Origin: an uncultured Pseudomonadota bacterium
GTDB lineage: Bacteria > Pseudomonadota > Alphaproteobacteria > JACZXZ01
Length of the DNA stretch: 64,000 bases
Assembly: GCA_963749075.1 (NCBI GenBank)
Contig: CAVVLJ010000016.1
Coordinates: 672,001 to 736,000, forward strand
Direction of reading: 5' to 3'
Under the pieces are notes generated by a model. That model was not told the origin of the DNA. It ran no database searches and was given only the letters and a program-made list of their open reading frames with translations. Of the stretch, positions 9,656 to 20,385 are shown in pieces. Position numbers and translations under genes: made by a program. How positions within the stretch are numbered: position 1 is the stretch's first letter; every line of letters starts with the position of its first letter.

Positions 9656-11749
9656 CTACTCCCGGCGGCGGACGAGTTCAATATAGCCGAAGCCGTCGAT
9701 GCGCGCGCGGAAGCCAGGGCTCACTACGGTCGAGGTCTCGTCCTCCTCGATGACCGCGGGTCCGTCGAGGACGGTGCCCGGCTTGAGCGCCTCGCGGCGG
9801 TAGAAGGGCACCTCGAGGAATTCGCCTGAGCCGGGATCGAAGACCTGGTGCCGCGCCATCGGCTCGGCCGTGCCCGGCACCAGTGCCGCCGCCGTCTCCT
9901 CGCGGAGCACGAGGGGTGCCGTCACCACTGCGACCCAGCTCAGGATCTCGATGTCGACGCCCGGGATGGCGCGGCTGTAGAGCGCGCGGTAGGCCGCCTC
10001 GAAGGCGTCGCGCAGAAGCCCCGTGTCGCCGGCGGCGAACTCCCGCGCCGGCAGTGCCACGGCGATCTCGTGGCCCTGGCCGCGGTAGCGCATGAAGGCG
10101 GAGCGGCGCTCCTCGAGGGCCGCCGAAGCACCCGCACCGCGGCGCACGATGGCCTCGGCCTCGGCGCGCATCTCGCCGAGCACGCGGTTGGCGGCTGCGG
10201 CATCGAAGCTCGAGAGGCGCTGCATGTGGCTCTTCACGATCTCGAAGGCGATGGGGGCGCGGAGGAAGCCGATCGCCGAGCCCACGCCCGCGTTGGTCGG
10301 CACCAGCACACGCGAAAGCCCGAGCTTCTCGGCCACGCGCGAGGCGTGGAGCGGGGCCGCCCCGCCGAAGGCGATGAGGGTGCGCTCGGCCACGTTCTTG
10401 CCGCTCTCGATGGTGTGCACGCGCGCGGCGTTCGCCATGTTCTCGTCCACCATCTCGCTGATGCCGAGTGCCGCGAAGGCGCCCTCGAGCCCGAGGGGCT
10501 CGCCCACCCCGCGAGAGACCGCCGCGGCCGCGGCCGGGAGGTCGAGTGCTATCTTGCCGCCCGAGAAGGCCGCTGGATCGATGCGGCCGAGCACGAGGTC
10601 GGCGTCGGTGACCGTGGGCTCGCTCCCGCCGCGGCCGTAGCAGGCGGGCCCGGGCTCCGAGCCGGCGCTGTCGGGCCCGACCGCGATGCGCGCCATGGCG
10701 TCGACGCGCGCGATCGAGCCGCCGCCGGCGCCGATCTCCACCATCTCGATCACCGGGATGCGGAGCGGGATGCCCGAGCCCTTCTTGAAGCGGTAGATGC
10801 GCGCCACCTCGAAGAGGCGGTTGGTCTGGGGCTTGGCGTCGTCGATCAGGCAGATCTTGGCGGTGGTGCCGCCCATGTCGAAGGAGATCACCCGCTCGAG
10901 GCCGCATTGGCGGGCGATGTGGCTCGCGAAGATGGCGCCGCCCGCGGGCCCCGATTCGACGAGGCGCACCGGGAAGCGGATCGCCGTCTCGACGGTGGTG
11001 AGCCCGCCGCCCGAGGAGATGAGATAGAGCGGGCAGCGGAAGCCGGCAGTACTGAGGCCGTCCTCGAGATTGCGCAGGTAGCGGCCGATGAGGGGCTGCA
11101 CATAGGCGTTGGCGCAGGCGGTCGAGAAGCGCTCGTACTCGCGCATCTCGGGCGACACCTCGGAGGAGAGTGTCACGGTGACGTGCGGCAGCCGCGCCGC
11201 GATGAGCTCGCGCGCGCGGCGCTCGTGGGCCGGGTTGGTGAAGCTGTGGAGGAAGCCGATGGCGACGCTCGCGATCTCCTCGCGCGCGAGCTCGTCGATG
11301 ACCCGGCCGAGGCCTGCCTCGTCGAGCGGGGCCAAGATGCGCCCTTGCGCGTCGCTGCGCTCGGAGACGCCATAGCGCCAGCGCCGCGGCACCAAGGGCG
11401 GCGGCAGGTCGATGTCGATGTCGTACTGCTCGAAGCGGTTCTCGTGGCGGATCTCGATCACGTCGCGGAAGCCCTCGGTGGTGACGAGCGCCGTCGGCGG
11501 GCCCTTGCGCTCGATGAGCACGTTGGTCGCGAGCGTGGTGCCGTGGATGATCATGACGAGCTCGGCGGGGTTGAGCCCCGCCTCGGCGAGCGCCGCGCCG
11601 ATGGCCGCCAGCACGCCCTTCTCGGGCGCCTGGGTGGTGGTCAGTATCTTGCTCGTGTAGCGCTTGCCCTCGGCCGTCTCGAGCGCCACGTCGGTAAAGG
11701 TGCCGCCGATGTCGACGCCAAGGCGCGCGCCGCCGCGATCTCCGCTCAA
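9656..11749 (-). CDS. Hydantoinase A/oxoprolinase family protein
   Basis: GVDIGGTFTD, HGTTLATN, ESGPAGG, DMGGTT, IGAGGGS, PGPACYGRGG; TTG start after GGAGAG inferred. Confidence 0.92.
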   Translation of the reverse strand: MSGDRGGARLGVDIGGTFTDVALETAEGKRYTSKILTTTQAPEKGVLAAIGAALAEAGLNPAELVMIIHGTTLATNVLIERKGPPTALVTTEGFRDVIEIRHENRFEQYDIDIDLPPPLVPRRWRYGVSERSDAQGRILAPLDEAGLGRVIDELAREEIASVAIGFLHSFTNPAHERRARELIAARLPHVTVTLSSEVSPEMREYERFSTACANAYVQPLIGRYLRNLEDGLSTAGFRCPLYLISSGGGLTTVETAIRFPVRLVESGPAGGAIFASHIARQCGLERVISFDMGGTTAKICLIDDAKPQTNRLFEVARIYRFKKGSGIPLRIPVIEMVEIGAGGGSIARVDAMARIAVGPDSAGSEPGPACYGRGGSEPTVTDADLVLGRIDPAAFSGGKIALDLPAAAAAVSRGVGEPLGLEGAFAALGISEMVDENMANAARVHTIESGKNVAERTLIAFGGAAPLHASRVAEKLGLSRVLVPTNAGVGSAIGFLRAPIAFEIVKSHMQRLSSFDAAAANRVLGEMRAEAEAIVRRGAGASAALEERRSAFMRYRGQGHEIAVALPAREFAAGDTGLLRDAFEAAYRALYSRAIPGVDIEILSWVAVVTAPLVLREETAAALVPGTAEPMARHQVFDPGSGEFLEVPFYRREALKPGTVLDGPAVIEEDETSTVVSPGFRARIDGFGYIELVRRRE

Positions 11750-11896
11750 ACTCTCCCCCTCCGCCGGACGCGGAAGGGCCGCGAGCCCGGCTCGGCAATC
11801 GAGTCTCCAAGGTGCCCGAGAGTGCGGGCGGGCGCGGGCGCTGTCAACCGGGGCTGGCTGGCGGCTCACGTTGGTTTCGGATCGGGCGGTCGAGGA

Positions 11897-12012
11897 AACG
11901 GGCGTCCGGGGTCAGGGCGCGCAAGAGGACGCCAGCGAAGGGTCGCACTTCCCCGGTAAGCGGACCAGTTGGCCGACGGCCGGCGCGGCCGGGATGTGCC
12001 AATAGCAGAAAT
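11897..12012. repeat. Degenerate three-part repeat, left flank of signalling cassette
   Basis: GGGGTCA (11908) ... GGTCGcacttCCCCggtaaGCGG (11941) ... GATGTGCCAA (11993); same ordered motifs at 17686-17805. Confidence 0.55.
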
Positions 12013-12058
12013 CGGCTGGAGGACCGGGGTCTGGCGGGGTAAGACATCACCCCCAGAT

Positions 12059-13159
12059 CTATGCAGAAGCTTCGCGGACCCATAGACGGATCGCACCTGC
12101 CCGTCCGCGGAGCGTCTGGTCGCCCTGATCGCGCAAACGGCCGAGCAGGGCCCTTGCCTTGTCGGAGGGCGCCACTTTGATCGCGCAAACCAGCGCGTCG
12201 CTAACCACCAGCGGCGTTCCGAGGTTACGCGTCAGCGCCTGCAGCCGGCTCGCGGTGTTCACGGTGTCGCCGATTACCGTGAACGCCATGCTGTGCTTGC
12301 TGCCAACATCGCCGAGCACGGCAGGCCCGTAGTTGAGTCCGATGCCAATCGACAGTTGCGGTTCGCCCCGCGCTTCGCGTTCGCCGTTCCAGCGATCGAG
12401 TGCCGCGAGCATCAACTCGGCACAGTTGAGTGCGTTGGCGGCGTCGTTGCCGCTGGCAGTCGGTATCCCGAAGACCGCGAGGATCGCGTCGCCGATATAT
12501 TTTTCGACAGTGCCGCCGCACGTGAAAATCTCTGCCGTCATCCGCTCGTGGAACTCCCGGAGCAAGGTCACCACCGCCTCGGGCATCATGGCTTCAGCCA
12601 TGCGTGTGAAGCCGACGATATCGACGAACAGCACTGCGACAGTTTGCCGCCGCACGGCCCCCAGCGGCTCGTCCTGGGCGGCCAGCATCTCGACGATGTT
12701 CGGCGAGAAGTAGCGTGACAGGTTGGCGCGCGCCCGCTCGGCTGCCATGCGGAGTCGATCCATTTCGCGCAGCTTGGCGATATCGGCAAGCGTCTTGCGA
12801 ATGGTGATCTCAAGATCGTTAAAATCGACCGGCTTGGTGACGAAATCAAATGCGCCGCGGTTCATCGCGGTCCGCAGGTTGGTCATGTCGCCGTACGCGG
12901 AGACGATGATCGCCTTCACCGGCAATTGCCGATCGCGCAAGCACGAGAGCAGGGTAAGTCCGTCCATGACCGGCATATTGATGTCGAGAAGCATCAACTC
13001 GACATCGGGATCGGCGCCGAGCAGGCCCAACGCTTCTTCACCATGACGGGCAAATTGGAACGCGAACTCCTGATCTCGGATCTGCCGGCGGAAACGCTGC
13101 CTGATCAGCACCTCGAAATCGGGTTCGTCGTCGACGGCAAGGATCTTTGAGGGGCTCAT
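12059..13159 (-). CDS. Response regulator receiver fused to class III adenylate/guanylate cyclase
   Basis: AVDDE...LLDINMP receiver; VLFVDIVGFT, KYIGDAILAVFG, IGIGLNYG, IGDTVNTASRLQ cyclase motifs (K/D pattern suggests adenylate cyclase). Confidence 0.93.
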   Translation of the reverse strand: MSPSKILAVDDEPDFEVLIRQRFRRQIRDQEFAFQFARHGEEALGLLGADPDVELMLLDINMPVMDGLTLLSCLRDRQLPVKAIIVSAYGDMTNLRTAMNRGAFDFVTKPVDFNDLEITIRKTLADIAKLREMDRLRMAAERARANLSRYFSPNIVEMLAAQDEPLGAVRRQTVAVLFVDIVGFTRMAEAMMPEAVVTLLREFHERMTAEIFTCGGTVEKYIGDAILAVFGIPTASGNDAANALNCAELMLAALDRWNGEREARGEPQLSIGIGLNYGPAVLGDVGSKHSMAFTVIGDTVNTASRLQALTRNLGTPLVVSDALVCAIKVAPSDKARALLGRLRDQGDQTLRGRAGAIRLWVREASA

Positions 13160-13545
13160 CCGCGGAGCATCGACGGCAGGCGGCTCAGCTGTTCCTTGAG
13201 CGCGTCGAAATTGACTGGCTTGGTGAGGAAATCCATAGCGCCGGCCTCAGTGGCGCGCCGGCGGCGCTCGTCGTCGCCATAGGCGGTTACCATCATAACC
13301 GGCAGATTAGGGCGCCGCCGCTTGACCTCGCGCAGCAAGGTGAGGCCGTCCATCCCCGGCATGTTAATGTCCGACAGAATGACGATCAGCTCCGGCCTGA
13401 CCTCCGGAAGCTGATCGAGTGCCTCCTCCCCCGAGGCGGCGAAATGCAGCACGTAGGTGCCCTGGCGCGCCTCGCGTCGAAAGCGCTGGCGAAACAGGTC
13501 GGCGACATCGGGCTCGTCGTCGACAACCATAATGCTGACGCTCAC
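13156..13545 (-). CDS. Single-domain response regulator
   Basis: [25 protein letters not shown]; 4-bp overlaps with both neighbours. Confidence 0.93.
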   Translation of the reverse strand: MSVSIMVVDDEPDVADLFRQRFRREARQGTYVLHFAASGEEALDQLPEVRPELIVILSDINMPGMDGLTLLREVKRRRPNLPVMMVTAYGDDERRRRATEAGAMDFLTKPVNFDALKEQLSRLPSMLRG

Positions 13546-16500
13546 GTTACCCTCCCCTCCGTCGTTGCGTGCCGATTGCGCGGCAATCGCACGGTGAATT
13601 CGGTGAACGCGTCCACCTCGCTGGCGACCTCGATCGTGCCGCCATGCTGTTGCGTGACGATCTCGTAGCTGATCGAGAGGCCAAGCCCGGTACCCTCGCC
13701 GGTCGGCTTGGTCGTGAAGAACGGCTGAAAGAGTTTGTCGCGATATTCGGGAGCAATGCCGACACCGTTGTCGCGCACACGGATCTCGACAAAGGCGCCG
13801 AGATTACGCGTCGATACCTTCAGAACGGGTCGGCTTCCGGCTGTACGGCTCCGCTTGACGGCGGCGTAAAAGCCATTGCCGATCAGGTTCAGCAATACGC
13901 GGGTTATGTCCTGCGGCACCAGCTCGATCGGGGCGAGGGCAGGATCGAGCTCGCGCTCCAGAGTGATGTTGAAGTTCGGGTCCTGGGCACGGGCGCCGTG
14001 ATAGGCGAGATTGAGTGCTTCCTCGATGAAGGCATTGAGATCGACGCTCTGCCGTTCGCCGCTGCCGCCGCGCGAGTGCAACAGCATGCTCTTGACGATA
14101 CCGTCGGCACGGCGGCCGTGCTCGGCGATCTTGGCGAGATTGCCGGTCAGCATCGCGATCGTCTCGTCGATCTCGGAACGCTTGTCCTTGTCCAGAGCCG
14201 CCAGCGCCGGCGCCGCCGCCTCCTTGAACTCGTCCAGCAGTTCGACGGAAAGTCCGGCGAAGTTGTTCACGAAGTTGAGCGGGTTCTTGATCTCGTGGGC
14301 GATCCCGGCTGTCAGTTGGCCCAAGGACGCCATCTTCTCCGCGTGAATGAGGCTTGTCTGCGCTGCTTTCAATTCGCGTAACGCGACCTCGGCGGTGTCG
14401 CGCGCGGCGCGGATCTGTTCCTCGGCGCGTTTGCGCTCCGTGATGTCGCTGTAGATAAGCACGAACCCACCGCCCGGCACCGCGTTCCGGCGGACCTCGA
14501 TAATCCGGCCGTCGGGCCGCGTGCGCTCGAGGCGAATTTCCTGATCGGCAGCTTCGAGACGGCGGCTCAATTCCGCCTCGATGTTATCGGTGCCGAATTC
14601 ACCGCGCTCGGCAAGGAGGCGGATGTAGTCGGCATAGCTCGGACGCTCCGCCAAGAGTCCATCGGGCAGGTCGAGGATCTGCTGGAAATTGCGGTTCCAG
14701 GCGGCGAGGCGCAACTCTGCATCGAACATTGCGACGCCGTCCCCCATGTTATCGAACGTGACACGCAATTCGGCCTGGCGCTGGCGGATCTCGTCCAGCA
14801 GCCGAGCATTGTCAATCGCGATCACCGCCTGCACCGCGAAGCTCTCCAACAGCGCAATCTCCTTGTCAGAGAAGGGCCGCATCTCCAGCCGGTTCGTGCT
14901 GAGATAGCCGAGCACGGCGCCGTCCTTGCGCAGCGGAACGAGCAGCATCGTGCGAAGGCCCAATTCGACGGCGCCCATGCGTTTCGGATCATCCCGCCCC
15001 CACAACGTTTCGACCGCAAGATCGGGAATATGGATGACGCGTTCATCGCCAAACAACCGCGCGTGGGGGCTGTTCGGCAACGGGCGGAACGGTCGGCGCA
15101 GCAACCCTGCCAGTGGCTCGGGATACCCGCGCGTCGCCACCGCCTGCAAATGCTCGCCGTCATAGGTTACTAACGCGCCGAAATTGACTCCGCAGAGGCG
15201 GTGCGCTTTCTCCAATATCGCGTCGAACACCGGCTCAAGCTTCCCGGGTGAGGTGTTGATCACCTGCAAAATCTCGGCGGTCGCGGTCTGTTGCTCCAGC
15301 GCGTCACGCGTCTCGGTAATAAGCCGCGCATTCTCCATCGCGATGACGGCCTGAGCCGCGAAGCTTTGCAACATCGTGATCTGCTTTTCGGAGAACGGCC
15401 GCACCTCTTGACGGTAGACCGTCAGCGAGCCAAGCAGCACGTTGTCCTTGACCAGCGCGACCTGAATGACGCTGCGGGCACCCGCGAGGTCGACCAGCGC
15501 ACGCCGCACCGGGTCGCCCGCCCGGTAGGGCTCTTCGTCGGCGACATCGACGCTGACGATCAAACGCTCACCACGCAGCATGCGGCCGAGCGGGTTGTCC
15601 GGGCGGACCTGCACCGGGTTGCGGGCGATCTCCGCGTAGGCCGCAGGCGCGCCGTGCAGGGCGGCCGCGTGAAATTTCTCGCCGTCGCAGAGCCAGAGGA
15701 TGCCGAAGGCAGCTTCGCACAGCTCGGTCGCCTTCTCCAGCAGAGCGTCGAACACCGGCGCGAGGTCGCCGGGCGACTGGTTGATGACCTGCAAGACCTC
15801 CGCCATTGCGGCCTGCTGGGCCAAGGACTCGCGCAGCTCATTGAGCAGGCGGGTATTCTCGATGGCGATCACCGCCTGATCGCCAAAGGTGGTCACCACC
15901 GCGATTTGTTTCTCTGTAAAGGGCTGCGGCACGATTTTTGCCACGAAGATTACCCCTACGACACTTCCCTTATGCAAGAGCGGGACGCCAAGCGCTGATC
16001 GGTAGCCACCAACCTTTTGAGCTTCACCATAGGTATATTCCGGGTCCGCCAGCACATCGGGAACATGAACCACTCTCGCCTCGAGCGCTGCTCGCCCAAC
16101 CACGCTGCCCCGATCGGTGAGGACTACATGGGTCTTGAAATATTTCTTGATCCGCGCATGGACGTCAGTTGCGTGGCCGAAGCTGGCGACCCAGCGTAAG
16201 ACTTCGCCCTCGCGCTGGAACAACCATGCATGATCGGCGTCACACAACCGCGTTGCCGCCTGCACCAGCGTATCGAGGACAGTTTGCAAGTCGAAAGTCG
16301 AGCCGCTGATAGCCTTGAGCACGTCGGCGGTGGCAGTCTGCTGCGACAATGACTCGCGCAGCTCGCCGAGCAGGCGCGTATTCTCTATGGCGATGACTGC
16401 CTGCGCGGCGAAGTTCGTCACCAGCTCGATCTGCTTGTCGGTGAAAGGCTGTACCTCCTGGCGCATTATGCTGATTGCACCGATCAGCTCATTGTCCTTG

Positions 16501-17538
16501 AGCATCGGAACCGCGACGATTGTGCGATAACCACCGAGTTTGACGGCGGAGACTAGGTATGGATCGCCCTCAGTGTAGGACTTCACCGTCGTAATATCGA
16601 CGATCTGAGCCACTTGGCGGGTTTTGGCGACCTGCCCAAGAGCCGAGTCCGGTGGTGGTCGCGCCAGATCGCGCTTGCGTGCTTCGGCATACGCTCGTGG
16701 TGCATTGTGTGTCGCAACCGCGCGGAAAGCATTTGCGTCTCGGAGGTACAGCGAGCCGAACTTGGCCTCGCAAATACGGGTCGCATTTTCCAGCATAGCT
16801 TGAAACACCGGATCCAGCTCTCCGGGCGAGCTGCTGATGACTCTGAGCACATCGGCGGTAGCGGTCTGCTGTTGGAGCGACTGACGGAGTTCGTTTAACA
16901 AGCGCGCGTTCTCGATCGCAATCACCGCCTGGTCGGCGAAGGTGGTCACCAGTTCGATCTGCTTGGCCGCAAACGGCTCCGGTACCGTTCTTGCCACGAA
17001 GATCACCCCTACGGTATTTCCCTCTCGTAGGAGCGGGGCGCCGAGCGTCGCTCGGTAGCCGCTAATCTTTTGGGCATCACCGCGGGCGTATTCCGGATCG
17101 GCCAGCACGTCCGGAATATGAACCAGTCTGCCCTCAAGCGCAGTTCGGCCAACGACACTGCCTCGATCAACCGAAATTGGATTCAGTTCGAGGTATTCTT
17201 GATGTTCGAGTGAAAACCCGTAGCGTGCGGCGACGCGGTAGAATTCGCCATCCCGTAAGAAGATGAAGGCATCTTTCGCCTCGCAGAGGCGAGTTGCCGA
17301 ACTCGACCAGCGTATCGAGCACCGTCTGCAGGTCGAAAGTCGCGCGGCTTATGACCTTCAAAACGTCGCCGGTCGCAGTTTGCCGCTCCAGCGCTTGCGC
17401 CAGCTCGCGTTTGAGTATGACATTTTCTCGTTTCAGGTCGACGGCGGGCTTGGCAAGTCTCCTCGCCGCTCGTGCCTTCAATAGCCGTTGCTTACGCTTC
17501 GCCATTGGCGTGAGCCTGAAATGCATTAATTTGTCCAT
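13542..17538 (-). pseudogene. 5xGAF-PAS-HisKA-HATPase sensor kinase split by a +1 frameshift at about 17300 (or a sequencing error)
   Basis: ORF 17167-17538 (...[13 protein letters not shown]) continues as (S)[13 protein letters not shown]...[25 protein letters not shown] in the frame of 13542-17108; span 3997 = 3n+1; HEIKNP, NLIGNG, DNGVGI, GTGLGL. Confidence 0.85.
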
Positions 17539-17685
17539 GCCCTTCCCGAAGGTAGAACCGGACTAACTCGCCTTTTCTCATTTGGCCCCCCAGACCAGTG
17601 CTAAGGACCCCGTGGAGCATAGTACGTTGCCGTCCAGCCGTGTGTCGACAGGACCGCTTTCAAGTGGCGCGACGTTCGCTACGGG

Positions 17686-17805
17686 ATGTCCGGATGGGGT
17701 CACGGGCGGCGGTCGCAAGCATGTCCGCGCTTGGTCGGATTAACCCCCAACTGCGGTCGAATTGGTGCGCCGGAACAAAGGAGCGAGATGTGCCAAACCG
17801 GCGAT
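17686..17805. repeat. Degenerate three-part repeat, right flank of signalling cassette
   Basis: ATGTCCggatGGGGTCA (17696) ... GGTCGgattaaCCCCCaactGCGG (17733) ... GATGTGCCAA (17787). Confidence 0.55.
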
Positions 17806-17880
17806 CCGCTGCCTCGCGGGCCGGCGATCGCCTTGCAGTCGGAGCGCCACCAGCCTTGGAGACGCGATCCACGCCGCCGG

Positions 17881-18687
17881 CTATCCGCTGTTGCGCTTGA
17901 GGAAGCTCAGCGTCCTTTCGTTGAACTCGGCGACGTTCTCGTAGATGGGGGCATGGGCGCAGCCCTCGAAGACCGTCGTCTCGCTGCGGCCGATGCCGTT
18001 CCTCATGGCATCCGCGAAGCGGGTGGAGGTGACGGCGTCGTGGCGGCCGAAGGTGATCTGGGTCGGGGCCTTGATCGCGGCGAGCGCGGCCCCGGCATCG
18101 TGGGCGATCACCGCGTCGGATTGGCGCAGGAAGGCTTCGAGCGGCTGCGCCGGACGGCCGCGCACGAAGGCGGCGAGCGCCTCGATATAGTCCGGCTTCG
18201 CCGCGTAGAGCTCCGGCGTGAAGCACCAGGGGAAGATGCCTTGGATCACCATCTCCGTGACGCTGCCGAGGCCCCTGGCCATGGTCTGCCAGCCCTGGAC
18301 CACGGCCTTGAGAAAGGGGTCTGACTTGCTCCAGCCGCTGTGCAGCGACAGCGATTTGACCTTTTCCGGGTGCCTCGCGGCAAGCCACAGTCCGGTCGCG
18401 GCACCCAGCGACAGGCCGGAGACGTGCGCGGAAGCGATGCCGATCGCCTGCATGAAGGCGGCCACGTCGTCGGCGAAGAGCTCCGTCGAGTAGGTGCCGG
18501 CCGGCTTGTCGCTCTCGCCCGCACCTCTAGGGTCGAGCGAGATGCACGTGAAGTGCTTGGCATAGTCCGCGACCTGAAAGGCGTAGCAGGCGTTGTCGGC
18601 CGCCAGATAGGGAATGAGGACGAGCGGCTCTCCCGTGCCTTGCTGCTCGTAGTTCATGGTGATGTCATTGACCTTGATCTTGGGCAT
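17881..18687 (-). CDS. Alpha/beta fold hydrolase (enol-lactonase/RutD-like)
   Basis: DPRGAGES, GLSLG nucleophile elbow, GRHD, AHAP. Confidence 0.9.
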   Translation of the reverse strand: MPKIKVNDITMNYEQQGTGEPLVLIPYLAADNACYAFQVADYAKHFTCISLDPRGAGESDKPAGTYSTELFADDVAAFMQAIGIASAHVSGLSLGAATGLWLAARHPEKVKSLSLHSGWSKSDPFLKAVVQGWQTMARGLGSVTEMVIQGIFPWCFTPELYAAKPDYIEALAAFVRGRPAQPLEAFLRQSDAVIAHDAGAALAAIKAPTQITFGRHDAVTSTRFADAMRNGIGRSETTVFEGCAHAPIYENVAEFNERTLSFLKRNSG

Positions 18688-18886
18688 CTCCTATCCCTCC
18701 CTCTTGGCTCGCCTCGGTTGGCCGGCCTGCTGTGGGCGAGTTTGGGCATCTTGAGGGGTCGTTGCAACCGCTGGCTGGAACAGGCCCTCCGACGGGGTTC
18801 CCATCATCAGGGGAATGTCGGCTAAAGTGCCCGCGCGGGCTGAGCTCGGCGCGGCGGTCGCGGCCGCTCTCGGGAGGTCTCGGGCC

Positions 18887-19939
18887 ATGTCGATGGCGAA
18901 TGGTGGCAGGCTCCTGCTCGCTCTCGCTCTGATCGCGGGCGCCGCCGCCGCCGGCGCCGAGGACGATGCGCGGACAAAGCAGCTGCGGCTGCTCTGCGCG
19001 CAGTTGAGCGGCGACCTGACCGAGCCCGGCGGCATCGCGGCGTTCCGCCGCTGCCTCACCCAGGATCCCGCCGCGGCGATGCGCGAGAACGCGTTTGGTG
19101 CTGCGCCCGCGGGGCGCGCGCCGGTGGCCCCTGCCGGCTATGGACGGAACAGCCGCCGCCTGGTCGCCGGCGCCGTCGCGAAGTTTCAGGCGTTGAGCGG
19201 CAACGCGCTCTATGTCGTCACCACCGACGGCAAGCTGTGGCGGGAGACCATCGACAAGAAGGACGGCCGGGTCGTCGATCCGGCCGTGGCCTCGTTCCAG
19301 GCGCTCGACGCGACCCTCTTCTATGCGCTCGGCCCCGACGGCAAGCTGTGGCGCGAGAGCGGCGACGCCAGGACGAGGAGCCTCGTCGATGCGGAGGTCA
19401 CCGCCTTCCAGGCGCTCGACGGCAGTCTCGTCTACGTGCTCGGGAGGGACGGCAAGCTGTGGCGCGAGCAGGGCGACATGAAGAGCCGCGCCGAGGTGGA
19501 CCGCGAGGTCGCCGCTTTCCAGGTGATCGACGCCTCGCTCGTCTATGTGAGCGCGCGCGACGGCACCCTGTGGCGCGAGACCGGCAGTGCCGCCAACCGC
19601 ACCCTCCTCGCCTCGAAGCTGGCCGCCTTCCACGTCGTCGGCGACACCACCTACGCCCTGACGGCCGCCGATCGCGTGCTGTGGCGCGAGGCCGGAGGCG
19701 ACAAGCCCGAGCAGGTCGACACCGGGGTGGCGGCGTTCCAGCCCATCGACATGCATCTCGTCTACGTGCTCGCCAAGGACGGCAGGCTGTGGAGCGAGCT
19801 CGTCAACAATCAGCACCGCACGCTGGTCGATGCGGGCGTCATGCTGCAGCCGGACGTCGCCTCGTTCCAGGCCATCGATGCGCACCAAGTCTATGTCCTC
19901 GGCAGCGACCACCGGCTGTGGGTCGAGAAGATGCCGTAG
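18887..19939 (+). CDS. Secreted repeat protein, probable 7-bladed beta-propeller (lectin-like)
   Basis: Signal peptide; seven ~38-aa repeats V(A/T)xFQx(L/I)DxxxxYVxxxDGxLWRE; GGGAGG SD. Confidence 0.75.
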   Translation: MSMANGGRLLLALALIAGAAAAGAEDDARTKQLRLLCAQLSGDLTEPGGIAAFRRCLTQDPAAAMRENAFGAAPAGRAPVAPAGYGRNSRRLVAGAVAKFQALSGNALYVVTTDGKLWRETIDKKDGRVVDPAVASFQALDATLFYALGPDGKLWRESGDARTRSLVDAEVTAFQALDGSLVYVLGRDGKLWREQGDMKSRAEVDREVAAFQVIDASLVYVSARDGTLWRETGSAANRTLLASKLAAFHVVGDTTYALTAADRVLWREAGGDKPEQVDTGVAAFQPIDMHLVYVLAKDGRLWSELVNNQHRTLVDAGVMLQPDVASFQAIDAHQVYVLGSDHRLWVEKMP

Positions 19940-19968
19940 GCGGAGGCAGGCATCTTGGTCGGGGCGCC

Positions 19969-20385
19969 ATGTCCGGAAGAACGTCGTTGAAACGGCTCAC
20001 TCTCGAAATCCTCGACCAGGAGCTGGCGGTCGTCCGCCTTGCCCGGCACGAGCCGCTGCCCGCTTGGTTCGAGTGGGGGGCTCGGCCGCTCTCGTCGGTC
20101 ACGCGCACGGACGACGAGACGTCCATTCTCTCTCCCGCCAGGCTGGTGCCGCCCGACGCTCGAGCGGAGCGCGGTTGGCGGGCGATCAAGGTACGGGGGC
20201 CCTTGGACTTCTCTCTGACGGGCATTCTCCACTCGATTCTTGCGCCGCTCTCGGCCGCCGGGGTCAGCGTCTTCGCGCTCTCGACCTACGACACCGACTA
20301 CCTCCTCGTCCGGCACGCCGACATGCCGCGCGCGCTCGCGGCGCTGCGACTTGACTTCGACATCGTCAATACCGATGCCGCATAA
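19969..20385 (+). CDS. ACT domain protein (CASTOR/GATS-like ACT_7 pair)
   Basis: SVTRTDDETSI, GWRAIKVRGPLDFSLTGIL, SVFALSTYDTDYLLV. Confidence 0.88.
   Translation: MSGRTSLKRLTLEILDQELAVVRLARHEPLPAWFEWGARPLSSVTRTDDETSILSPARLVPPDARAERGWRAIKVRGPLDFSLTGILHSILAPLSAAGVSVFALSTYDTDYLLVRHADMPRALAALRLDFDIVNTDAA

Noticed and set aside
19150-19930. Regularly spaced DNA repeats (GACGGCAAGCTGTGGCG) resembling a CRISPR array
   Set aside because: They are in-frame coding repeats of a propeller protein, the spacers are homologous, and there are no cas genes.
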